The position numbers and the translations under genes were made by a program. From Phoronis australis (lineage: Eukaryota > Animalia > Phoronida): a stretch of 64,000 bases of DNA. Numbering within the stretch: position 1 is the first letter of the stretch; every line of letters begins with the position of its first letter. Below are positions 34,581 to 47,047 of this stretch, one piece after another. The stretch covers positions 173,555 through 237,554 of the forward strand of contig NMRA01000019.1 in assembly GCA_002633005.1 (NCBI GenBank), in the 5' to 3' direction. The notes below the pieces were generated by a model. It was given only the letters and a program-made list of their open reading frames with translations. It was not told the origin of the DNA and did no database searches.

Positions 34581-37301
34581 CCAAATGAATAAAGCTGCAT
34601 TTCGCGGTGTTTAGCTGGCTAAAAACGATGACGTCATAAGGCCTTTTATCCTAATAAAATTGGTCCCATATATAATCCTTACATTGACGGATTTTGATCC
34701 ACGTTACCAACTCAATAACATACAATACCCGCATGCGCCATTTTCAAGTTCACCATCCTAGGGTGGGCGAAATCAATAAACTCCGAAACGTTTTTTGAGT
34801 CACTAGTGGTTTTCAAGTTCTTGTTAGCAAGGAAAATACAATTCTCTCACCGCAAAAAATATTAAATGGGACCGATTTTAGAGACAGTATCAGACAAAAT
34901 TTGATTTTCATTTAGCTAACTAAACAGGGCGAAATGCGGATTTAATCCTTGAATAGCGAGCAGGTAACAATTTTTGTAGTACCCACAGAATATTATCAAA
35001 ACACCGACGGCAGTCACTGATATATTTTAGGACAAAAGCTGTGTAAAACATGGACGTTAAGTAACCAAATAAAAATGAAGAATCTTGTTCAGTGAAGCAG
35101 TGCTTGTTAGTGTCCTTTTGCACGTGTTCTTAACCCTGTACATGTATGTCGCGGCATGCTTGTGTTGAATCTTTGTGATCCAGATCGAGAATAATACTGA
35201 GATTTGAAACAACTGAGTAAAGCCGACGATCAAATTGAATGACACTTGAATTATCCATTACAAAATTTCAGACGTGTATTCGATTCGACGTTAGCTATCA
35301 GGCGAAAAACAGCAAGAATGAACAAAAGCACTCAAAACACCCAAATTTAATACAACGGAAAACTGCTTGCGCCTGTGAGTTTACGCCCATGTGAAAAATA
35401 GCAGTCCTTCAAAAAACACATTCAGCTGTTGAATGCAGGCGTATGGGCTTACATACGTGCTCATTGGCCGCTAGGCAATTATTCGGTTTGCATTTGAAAA
35501 TTAACGCAGTAAGTCTTGCGCGCACATTAATTGAGGAAGATTAACTTGCAGGGCTTTCTTACGACAGTTTCATAATTACAAAGTTGGTGGTTTATAAGAT
35601 TAATTAAATCCTTATAAGTGATGAACGCCATACCAGGTTACGCACGACAGTAGAACGTAGGCCTACAAATCTAAGCGGTTTGTGTTTTTTTGTTTGATTC
35701 ACGCGCTCGAGTCAGCCGGTTACAGGTGAATTTGCATTTCTTCTAAGTTACAAAAATACCGTATTCGTGAGGCGCCTGCAGGCTGTGTTGGACCAGTTTT
35801 GTTTTTTGCTGTCTTAACCGGTTTCGGCTATGATTCTGTCTGAAGTAAGAAGCATCGACAGAAAAAGAACTTGTCACCAGTGTAGCCATTGCAGTTAGAA
35901 GTATTTCCATTTACATACTTGTGTCAATCAGGAAACGTAAGCCGAATATTGGTAATTTTAAGATCTGTTCTATTTTAACTGATTAATCCACAACGTGAGC
36001 ATCATTAAACCTTGAAGTTGCGTCATTAGGAAATCAATTTAACGGGTTATTACTTAATTTCAAACCGACGCGTCACATCAGAGCAAGGAAAGGCCTTCGG
36101 GCGTGTTCAGTCCCACTGAACAAAATGGGCGATTCCACGTTGTTTGTAAGGTCCGTCATGAACACAATTATGTTGTGAATGCCATTTTCATTGCCGCCAC
36201 CGAGTGCGTGACTCTGTGGTATTTTCAGCGCAAAGGAGGGCCAAAATACCATGCACGACTGCAGACTCGATCAAAGATGACGAATAATAAGGAACGTCCT
36301 GTAGTCGCATTATCTCGTGACGACTCAGATAGATGCGTCCTGCAACTTGATGAATTTTGACGTGGCTGGGTATAAATAATTCGCAATGGTTGCGCCGAAC
36401 GTGCTATGTTTACACCCCGTAAACGTTTATCCAATGAGTAAATTGATTGAGTCACAGGAGTTAACCAGACACCTGCCACGACATTAAATGATACAAATGT
36501 ATCATGTTAATAAACCAATAGTAGGGGACTAGACACATTCACTAACTTTATCGGGAGGAGAGTAATATATTATGTGGGTGAAAAATGTCGTGAAACACAC
36601 CAGATGGGATTGGTTCTTCCGACCATTGAAGCCCATGCTTTTGGTCAAACATTTCGGAACCTGTACAAGTAACTCCCGTTTAGTCCGTATTCCGAAGACG
36701 GTACCGGTTTTCACTAGCCTGATGTCAATCTTTCTTTGATAATCGACAAGTCCAGTCTTTTGTCCGATAACAGGACGTAAACGCCATGCTCTACCACACT
36801 GAATGAGTACATTATGTAAACAATCGAGTCAAAACTGTTGTCAACGTTTTGGTCATTTTTTTTCGTTTTTCTTTAGCGAAAGAATTAGGATTCTACACTA
36901 ACTTTTCAAAATGAATTCAATTTCAGAAGCCAAACAAGTTAAAAATACCAGTTTCTACCCTGGACATTTCGATTTATTTCAGTATTGCCTTCAGTTGAAG
37001 ACATCGCTAATGCGATAATTGCCCTGTACAACACAATAGAAGATTAGATCAATTTTCGTGATATCAAGGGCGGAAGGCGATTCCATTTTTCCCGGTTGAT
37101 GTGTAGAGAAGCATCGCTCAACTACAAGATACAACTGAACGGCCCTCACACGTTTGTCAGATATCTGAAGCTAACGGTATATCTTTGTTTTTCTTTCGGT
37201 ATAAGTTTTTTGGTAAAAACGATACCATGATTCTGTCAGTGCCATAGACGCTGCAAAAAATGAATTACAATTAGCTAGTGACTGTTCTTGTAAAAAAATG
37301 C

Positions 37302-37366
37302 TTCCAGTAGCTGTTCCCGCTAATTTATTGGAAATTCCAGTAGCTGTTCCCGCTAATTTATTGGAA
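37302..37366 (+). repeat. 33-bp tandem duplication
   Basis: TTCCAGTAGCTGTTCCCGCTAATTTATTGGAA twice. Confidence 0.9.
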
Positions 37367-37864
37367 CCGATTGTTTTCATTGCCCGCTGTGTTTCATTAA
37401 AAACAGAACACCTTTATTGGGGAAAAAAGCTCAGCTCACAAGGCTGACGAGGCAAGCTGCGCCTAGGTAGACGTTTTGCTCCATGTGATTGAGAAACAAG
37501 AGCAAAGTATTTAGATGCAATCACAAAAAAGAAAAAATATAATAGAATTTTGCTACAGAAAAATCTGTCGACTGAGGCGAAGAATCAAGTGCCACCATGT
37601 GAGTCAATTAACTATTGTAGGGGTGTGACAGGCATGGTGGGATTTGGTTCTTCACCAAGACAGACTTCCCCGTAGTCTTACACTCCCAAGACACGAAGAC
37701 TGGCGACCCCTATTGATAATCCTATACGTGTGTCGTGTTCCATAGCTGGGAACACAGACAGTGCCACAGACGAATCAGCTGTTTCTGACTAACTTTGAAG
37801 CCTTATTCATTCGTGTATGTATAATTAATAATTTCTATCAGTTTATTATATACATTTTTATTGA

Positions 37865-38365
37865 AATCATTACCGCGTTCTCTCGTTCAGTGACTTTACC
37901 AAACGTAGAGGGTTGTAAGCGTGTGATAACCTCGGCTCCTCTGTTAACTGCCAAGCACAGTTTTTTGTCTTGTATGACAACAGGCAGGTCAACTATCTAC
38001 CACGTATGAACACCACAGTCAAACCCAGAGCGCCGGAAAGAATAGATTGTTGTAACTTCGGTTGTAGTTGGGGGATTTTGGCGATTCAAAAACTAAACAT
38101 GATCAGAATTTGGCGAGTAATTCATAAATGCTATTGGTTTATGTTCAAATATGTTATAACTTAAATTTTATTTTTAACAGCACAGACCAGTCAGGCTACT
38201 AGATACGATCTTCTTGGAAATTAGAGCAATTATCGAACAAAAGAGAGCTGACCCCACAACCATAAATGCCAGAATGGAGTTAACCAGTCGTGCAAGATAT
38301 TGGCTACATGGGTCATCTTCCCAGCTTCTTGTTGGGCTATATAATCTAAACAGTTGGGATCAAAG
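37865..38365 (+). repeat. Dispersed repeat, copy B
   Basis: Matches about 22640-23195 with an internal deletion. Confidence 0.8.
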
Positions 38366-40578
38366 GACATATGGCCATTGGCCCAAACTAGCATGTACAA
38401 GACAGCACATTAACCTTAATTATCATGGGTTTGCTTCTAATTTCCTTTATAGTAGTTAAAAAGCGTTAGAGAATTATAATTGTCGGTGAATATCAACGAC
38501 TATGGTGAAGAGTAATACTGGTCTTCTTTTGCAATTGACGGTCACTGCTTTTTCACAAACTGAAGTGTTGTCTCCATGGTTTCAAAATTTTATTTCAACG
38601 GAAAATGACAGAAACAAACGTCAACGAGTGGGTTTTTTTTCTCGCAGGGATTTACGTTTTTGATGACAGAAAACCCCGCCAAGTAATAAATATTTTGCCA
38701 CCAATTTACAGATAAGATCCAAAAAAGTAAGATATGGCAAATTTATGCATATAATTTGATAACGCTGAAAGAGAAATCACAGCCTAAGGTGGACGTCTAC
38801 CCAAGCACACGCTTCCAGCACATGGGTTGTTTTCATAGTGCAAGTTTCTTGCGTGCAAAAGCCAGATCACGCATGTATTTGCGAGATATCCTTAACTAAG
38901 TTTTGGTGAGTCTGTTTAGTTTCATTAGTTGCCGGAAATAAGCTTAGCCTGAGTGCATATTGTGCTGCGCGTAGTGTTTCCCACAGAACACATTTCAGTC
39001 AGTGTTCTAGGAAAGAGGTCTGATCGTTTCTCATCACTTGGTTAGAGATCGGATATGTTTTGTCTTTTTTGGATAAAAAATAATACGCAATACCGTCAAG
39101 TCAGCTATTGGCTCACTCAAGAACAATCACTCCCGCCTGCCTCTCTAAACGTCCCCCGGGTACTAAGAAAGTAATAATATCCACCCATTTTGTGGACACC
39201 AAAAAGGAACCCATTTGACTGGAACTTCCAGAAAAAAATCGCTAGAGATTCGTTCCAGAACTACCAACCTCTGAGCCTTTTCTAAGCCTGAGGATTCTTG
39301 GATAGCCGTGAAAAAAACATTAAAACGTACAAGGTCGTTGTCGAGTTGTGAGAACAATTTTACTATAAATGTTTTAAAATACATCGCATAATATTTCTGA
39401 AAACCCCTTCTGCATATTTATGTAGTTGGAAAAAGGAACTGTCGAGTTTTCCCCCAAAATGAACCCGGTCTCCTGAACGGTCAGAATCCGCTAAGCCAAT
39501 GAAACTTTCTTTTAAAATTGTCCGGAAACAAGTCGGATATAATGTTCCCTGGTTTTGAGAATGTCGCTAGCAATATGTTGTAATAACTTCAGTGTAGGTT
39601 CACTTGTTATACGTCACGGAATCAGGCTGTTAGTGTTTGCCAGATGGAACACACTAGTGACAGCAAATGTCTAGACTTGACCAGGCGAATACACGTGTTG
39701 TTGGTCACTTTATACTAGGGAAAAATGGGAAACGAACAACAGGACAAGGACATGGTCGAAAAAAATTGATGAATGTAACAACTGAATAACATGAATTCCT
39801 ATTATTCAGTGGATTAGATAGTGACCACTGTCTCTATCTGGCCCCAGTAGAGACAGTGAAGCTCCTCTGAGAGTTTCATACATTGATAGATTTTCTGTGA
39901 CTTATGCCTCATCAAAGTCATTTTGTTTAAGTACCTCTTGCTCATAGAGGGACACCTTAGGTACCCATTGATGTCTTTAATTTCTTCCAACTCAAACAAA
40001 TACTCCTGTAATGTACCTTTTCTTCACTCAGTCCTTTGTTCAGTTGCCCAAATCGTCAACTGGCCAGTTTTACACTGCGCGCCCACCTATTTTTACCGCG
40101 CCTGCCAGTGTGAGGCATAATTCAGTGGATGAAACTTGTTATCCATGTCAGGGACCATTATATGCGAGCAGAGTCATATTTTGTAATTCTGTAACTATAG
40201 AATTTCTGCAAAAGGTTAATTAAACATATTTCTCATCTGCAGTACTAAAATTGATCAGCTTGATTAAAATTTTACAGCCGTAAGTCAACTTGAACACAGA
40301 TAATTCTAGGAGGCTCATCAGTCATGCTAGTAAAAATTGAATGCCTTTCATTGCTATTTACGTATATTTAATTTCAGATGATGAGCTGTAATACTCCACT
40401 GAAAAAGGCAAAGTCAAAGACATGCATATTATGTGGCAAATTGTTATACTCTGACTCTCACGCACACAAAGTTAAAAAATTCTGCATTAAAGCAGAGGTA
40501 CTTGGATTTTTTTAACTCGTTTACATTCAATTCAACAATGATTTGCTGGACACTAGGCCTGTGCTTATCTGTAGCTCA

Positions 40579-43090
40579 CAGTAGCGGATCTACGGGGGGG
40601 GGTTCAGGGGGTTTAAACCCCCCTTCGGGCCAGGACCCAAAAATTAAAAAAAAACGTCAAATGCAAAACAAAAACGGCACCGCCAGCGGGGTGTGTAAAC
40701 CCCAAGTAAACCAACTTGGGAAAAAAATGAGGAGGGGTTTCACTCTGAAAATATATTGTTTGCATTGTGAATTGCTGTTATGAAAATCAACGCATTTCGA
40801 GTCTTCGTGGCTCATCGGCAAAAACCCGGAGATCAATTGTGCGCGCGCTTCCGTCGACACTTCTGAAGTAGACTAGCCAAGCATTTTAGATGGATCCACC
40901 GCTGAAAGAGCAGCTCTATAGCTGATTTCTTTAGGTAACTAGTTTCTTTACTCTAACATATGTTTTGATTTGATTAGGGGAAATACCGTGGTGCCGCAAC
41001 CATAATATTCAGGCGAATTGATGTGCAACGTTTTTACCTCATCTGTCATGCCGTGTCATCCTATTACACCCCACACGTTTGTAACTGGTGCATAGTAAAG
41101 TTGTCTTGCGCAATATCATACACTGTACATGTAATACTTTTGAAAAAAAATCGTTTTCCGAAGAATTACTGTTGTGGCGGGCGCCATGGTCTGGTCGCGA
41201 GTCTGTTTGAAGATGCACTCTAACAAGTTATGTCTATACAAGGAACGACCAAGGAGACACTCACATTGACAAAGTGACCGCATTCGCGAACAGTGTACAG
41301 TACCAGAAATTTTCTGAGAGGCTGTATTTTCACAACAAAGTCATGCGGGACTCGTGCGATGTTCAATAGGCCTCCTAAGGAGCCCGAAGTGCCGACCTCA
41401 ACACCTACCGTCTTTCTACCTGCAATAAGCACCACTGCCATTTTCTATACTGGGAATTTCCGCAGAAAGGCCCACCCGACGAAACGCCCATGCCCATGGG
41501 CATTTATTTGAGGTTAGTACTTCGGGTTTCAAGCGTTCAGACATTGGGACGTTTGTTTCGAAAATTGCAAGAGATGCAAATGGGTCCTGGGATACATCGT
41601 CAAGGTTTGAAGTAGTCCGTGATGAACGGATCAAATTTAGTTGCGCATGCTGTAAGTCTTTTGAATGGACTTGGTAACCTCAAGGGGCTTAGTGCCAACT
41701 GAGCTGCGAAACGAGATGCTGACATTGTAGAGGCGTACAAGCTCATTGACACAGCAGTTGACGAAGTGCAAGTGTTGGGAACAAACATGAAAGACGTCTG
41801 GGTAGAATGGTTCCAAGACGAGCAAACCATTGGATCCGATATACAGATTCGTCGGCAGCCTAGACAACAGAAAGATAGGACCAACGTTCCTGGAGAAACA
41901 CCCAGGTAATAAGTTATAATTCTACACAGTTTGTAATAGTGTCGGTTTTTTATGCTTGTGTACAATGAAAACGAAATAGAAATTAGTTTTGGTCATGCCA
42001 AATTTACCCAGTACAGCAGAGGGTCTACGAGCGCACAGAAACTGATTCTGGTTTGTATTTCCACTTGAGTCTAATGCTTCATATCCAAAATCTATTTCAC
42101 GTAGTGCGTAGTTAAATCTGTACTCAATACTTGTTTCTTCCAGGGAGTACCGGGAACTACAGAACGGTGCGAAAACCCTTCCTAGACAACATCTCGCAAT
42201 TGACCACCAGATGAGTAAACTACACGTATGAGCAACCACTGGGGATTAAAAAGTGTCTAGAGAGAAGTTTTCAATTCAAATTTTTTTGCAAAGTACGCTT
42301 TAGGTCTCGTGACGGACCAGGTCAGCCTTTTTGTGTACTCTCAGTGTACATCTGGTCCCTCTGCAAACTAGTCCAGTATATCTTTTCACCACTGTGCACA
42401 AGTTTTGGTTTCGTGAAACTGTTTTCAGATGATTTGTTTCATTATACATTTGACGTTTTTCAATTGTTGTCAATGTGATTCAGCTTAATAAAGTGATAAT
42501 TAATTGTTTATTGTCGTTTTTAATAATAGACCATGAGCTGAGAGCACCGTCGTTTGCCAGTTTTTCTCGTAACGAGACAGAACACATGTTTATTTCTGGA
42601 TTAACAGTTCAGGTATTCGTTCTTAAACTGCTTGAGGCTGTTGCGATCATCTGATATTCAAGTTTTTACGCCCCGTCGGTGCTCCTTATGCTCTTGAATA
42701 TTTGGTAGTTGTCCAGACCCCTGTATAGACACCACACTTTTTCATATGCTAAAAAGGTGTGTGTAAGCCGATGTTCCAACAAAAATTTTTTCTGGTGGTG
42801 TGACTCATACCCAGATGTGCAAAAATATGGTTTCACGAAACTTATGAGCCAAGTTCATGTGACGAAATCGAGAAGGGTTTTTAATTATCTTAAGAAAAAC
42901 TCCAGGGACATGTTAAGTGCCAGAAACGTACGAGGATGCATGGAAATTTCACTGTTTGGCTACAAAAACAAAAAGTTGTCTTACACGGGAGGGGTTTACC
43001 CGACCTCCCCCCCTCTCGGCGCCACGCGCCTCGGTTCTACCTTTGCGGGAATCCTAACCCCCCCTTACTGAAAACGTAGATCCGCCACTG
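40579..43090 (+). mobile_element. Decayed hAT transposon (THAP12/PRKRIR-, ZMYM1-like transposase)
   Basis: TIRs CAGTAGCGGATCTACG / CGTAGATCCGCCACTG; GCTCA on both flanks. About 41650-42200 encodes LKGLSA..KRDADIVEAYKLIDTAV...RTNVPGETP|REY..PFLDNI with stops and frameshifts. Confidence 0.8.
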
Positions 43091-43141
43091 GCTCATGCAT
43101 TCAGTTTTGTACAAAACTCACAGCTGCAGAAATCAGCAAGA

Positions 43142-43650
43142 ATGGATGTTAATATTCTCATTGCTCAGTCTGGAGATCGACAGAAACATGTACTAATTGA
43201 TTTGCCATCTCTTTCTAAGAAGCCAACAGGAGCAAAGAGATTGTTAAATTTTGAGTCCGAGTCAGTTGACCATGGGTATTCAGTATCTGATGATTATCAA
43301 CAATCCAACCCTTTCGTGTCAAACGTGTCTAAAGACTCAACTGAGCAACTTGATCGGAAACTGTTGTTTAAAATCAGTACATCTTTGGATCATCTTTGCA
43401 AGACTTCAGAAAAAAGTGTGCTTAGACTTCCCATGAGGGACCTGGATGACAAGCCGTTTCTTTGGAAAATTGTGAAAGAAGTGGAAATCGTCCATATGGG
43501 CTACCACTTCTGTGTGTCATTCACTTCATATTGCTGTGACTAAGAATGACTTCACTGTAGCCATAATGTATGGGATACGTGTAGATGTTTGCTAAAAAGC
43601 TGTACAGAAGCTATTCTCTGCTGTTTGTATTCGTCATCATGCTGGCAATG
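43142..43650 (+). pseudogene. Remnant of a transposon-type protein (possibly DUF6589-associated)
   Basis: 133-aa ORF with DHGY and SVLR...DL...F.W.IV.E, continuing with stops into AVQKLFSAV; family recalled from pattern only. Confidence 0.35.
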
Positions 43651-45571
43651 GTGTATGTTTGAACATTTTTCAGATGGATCACATTTATAGCTTATAATTG
43701 TTTTTAACATATATTTTTAGCAAAGGTGACATAGTTGATTATAGCAATTAGATCAGAGATATATTACATTAAAAATTCTCCAGATCGAGACAGCCTCCTA
43801 AATTCAGAACACAGAAATCATGGCTGAAATTTAATTTTTTCATTCTGAAATTTGAAGCATGGGTGATTTGTATATTTTCGTATTTTTTAAATTCCTAACG
43901 CTATGTTGTATCATAACAGGTTGCAAGAATACTCCTGTAAGTTCATAAAAACTGACTCTCATGACAAACATTTAATAAATTGTTACCATTCCCCTTGAAT
44001 TTCTGACAGACAATTGTGTGAATTTCTAAAAATTGGGACAAGCTCCGACTTCGATCAAAATAATTATTCACTGTCCCAAACTAGAGAATTTTTGCATAAT
44101 TAATCTTTGAAATTCACTGAGTAGTTAACTGTAAAGCTGATGGATGACTGTTCTTGTTTATAAGAGGGTCTGCTTTAAGAAAAAAGGTTGTAAAAGTGAT
44201 GGCAATTTATTGTTTATTTTTTGATCTTTATTGATGGTGTGGTAGTTTACAATAGCTTTAAAAATGTCAGTGACGAAAGGTAGAAATCATAAGTGACAAC
44301 AGATATCAATAGTCCACTTCAGTTAATGACTCTGAAGCAGATACATGTAATAGTGGTAGTACCCGTGTGGTTAAAGAGTCATGACATAATGCTTTCGATT
44401 TAAAAATCTCGAGGGACTTTCTGATTTGTAAGCTATGAGCGTTTTTTTCACAAGAAACGACGTGTGTTTGTGTGTTGTTAAAATCAGTTGCATAGTAAGT
44501 TAACCACTGAATGATCTCAGTGCTTAATATGCTTAAGGGGGTTTTGATCAAAGAATAATTATTTTTATTGGTTAGACTGATACATACCAAGGGAACTTGT
44601 GCCATGTGATAAAATGTTATTGTTTACATATGTTTTGGAAAAAATAAATGGTTTAACAAGATAATGAAACGTTACAATTGTGTCTTTACCATCTAACGTC
44701 AATGTATAATACAGGATTACTTTTACATAAACATTTAAAATGTTATAGATTTTGGATTTCCTATACATAGTTAAGGTTAAGAATGCATGCCTACATGATG
44801 TTCTCTGCACACTTGTTGCTTTGATAACACTATCACTGATGGTGACTCTATCAAAAATCAAAAATTAAAGGGCAATTTTGACAGTAAAATGACCCATGAC
44901 CTAAAAGGTCTGCTGGGTTCTTTGTTATGAATTCCAGGTTGTTGTGTCTCTTGGGAGGCATTTTTATATAGTGCATCTGCATTGAATAAATTGATGTTTT
45001 TGATTATTTTTTGGCAGCTTTCCCAGATTTCCGTAAAACTTCCATGCTCAGATTTGGAAATTCTGGGTATTAGAAAAGGCATAAAAATTGGTGCTGTGAA
45101 AACTGTTGTGATACGAATAGATGTTATTGAAAGTATTTTTTGTCTACATTAAACTCAACATTCGAACACAATGTGTTCTTTACGGTTGATTACCACAGTT
45201 GCCACGTTGGAAGCTAATTCCTGTTTTGGAAGCTAATCTCCGGGTGAGTAGGCCTACGGCCGGGAATCGCCCTTCGGCTAGCGAAGCGGGGAGTAGTAAT
45301 TCGACGCCACCACGGTGAGGATGGCATTGGCGACTCTCGGGGTTACTGTGGTGACGAATCCGCGCGAGCTAGGCCCCCTATCTCAGTCGGGCTGTACGGA
45401 GGTTGGTTCAACTGCCTCGAAGGTTTTATACTCCATCGAAGTGCTTGACTCTCACCAATTCGTGCCTGAGTAATTCTAGTAACTACAATTTTCTGCAGCT
45501 TTCAAGCACATTCTAAAGCTTTCTAGAATAGTATCCTTATGACATAAGTTATGTTCCAGACGGATCGCTGT

Positions 45572-46707
45572 GCGGATTTGCAGCGACGCCATATTGAAAT
45601 TAGGTTAAAATGGTGCATTGTGGGTGCTGTGGTCAGGATTCTGAAAGCGGCCATAGTAACAAGCATAATACGCGGTATGCCGCGAAGAAAACTTACGGCG
45701 GATACACTTGTGTTCCTGGGTGCTTCAAAAACAACAAGAGAGATAAAAATCTGAGTTTTTATGTGTACCCAGCAAACCAAGAACTTCGTGANNNNNNNNN
45801 NNNNNNNNNNNNNNNNNNNNNNNNNNNNNNNNNNNNNNNNNNNNNNNNNNNNNNNNNNNNNNNNNNNNNNNNNNNNNNNNNNNNNNNNNNNNNNNNNNNN
45901 NNNNNNNNNNNNNNNNNNNNNNNNNNNNNNNNNNNNNNNNNNNNNNNNNNNNNNNNNNNNNNNNNNNNNNNNNNNNNNNNNNNNNNNNNNNNNNNNNNNN
46001 NNNNNNNNNNNNNNNNNNNNNNNNNNNNNNNNNNNNNNNNNNNNNNNNNNNNNNNNNNNNNNNNNNNNNNNNNNNNNNNNNNNNNNNNNNNNNNNNNNNN
46101 NNNNNNNNNNNNNNNNNNNNNNNNNNNNNNNNNNNNNNNNNNNNNNNNNNNNNNNNNNNNNNNNNNNNNNNNNNNNNNNNNNNNNNNNNNNNNNNNNNNN
46201 NNNNNNNNNNNNNNNNNNNNNNNNNNNNNNNNNNNNNNNNNNNNNNNNNNNNNNNNNNNNNNNNNNNNNNNNNNNNNNNNNNNNNNNNNNNNNNNNNNNN
46301 NNNNNNNNNNNNNNAACAACATTCCGACGGAGTTTCCTCTTAAAATTAACGTCTCTAGCATATCCACGGCGAAAGCTACAAAAGTTAAGCAACCCATGAA
46401 CTCTCAAGTTGTCTGAAACCAGAGGAGATTTCGAAATCAACGCCGATAGCCCCAATACTGAACATGACGACGGTCGTGCCCTCGGTCACTGATCATAGCT
46501 GCGCTGTGTTTACAAACGAGAGAGAGGACTTGCTTGGTATTATAAAGCAAAAAAATGAAACATGGTTTTTAGTTTGCAAATCACTCCAAATGCACACACT
46601 ATCCAGCCTGCTCAAGACATGCCTGACCACAAGCTATCCCATGAGCCTTCGCGAAGGAAGTAACTCGCACATGCGCAATGCGTAGTTCGTCTGCGCTGCA
46701 AATCCGC
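45572..46707 (+). mobile_element. THAP-containing transposon remnant upstream of AKR1 (spans a gap)
   Basis: TCVPGCFKNNKRDKNLSFYVYP before the gap and NIPTEFP (AVPTxF-like) after it; 14-bp inverted repeat GCGGATTTGCAGCG at 45572 and 46694. Confidence 0.6.
45792..46314. other. Assembly gap
   Basis: Run of N. Confidence 1.
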
Positions 46708-46972
46708 TTATTGTGTAACTTCCAAGTACCCGTATTCTGTTGCGAACAAGTTACATAATCACTCAGAACCCGTAAGTTGACCTCATGCCATAATCACGTG
46801 ATCCCAATGCATTACACTGCAATTTCTCGCGAAATCTCAGGAGATCTTGTTTTTCTAGCGAGGAACACGCGGTACTGAACTCAACCCATGTAGGACCCTT
46901 TCAGGCTTCAGCCAGTCGCTTACGAGCCGTGCCAGTGTAGCAGATTGAACAATAGTTCAGGCCAAAGTCACG

Positions 46973-47047
46973 ATGGGTAGTCAGAACAATGTTACGATGT
47001 TAAACAGTGGCTATACTATGCCAAATGTTGGTTTGGGAACGTGGCAG
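46973..47047 (+). CDS. AKR1: AKR1 exon 1
   Basis: [25 protein letters not shown]|GTAAGC. Confidence 0.92.

Noticed and set aside
32400-39800. A second insulin/IGF paralogue near the first, since such genes often cluster
   Set aside because: I found no further CC-x3-C-x8-C or CG-x10-C pattern in the flanking ORFs or the frames I read.
45523-46455. Long ORFs of 212-310 aa here, and the 92-aa ORFs at 6381-6663
   Set aside because: Artefacts of translating through N gaps.
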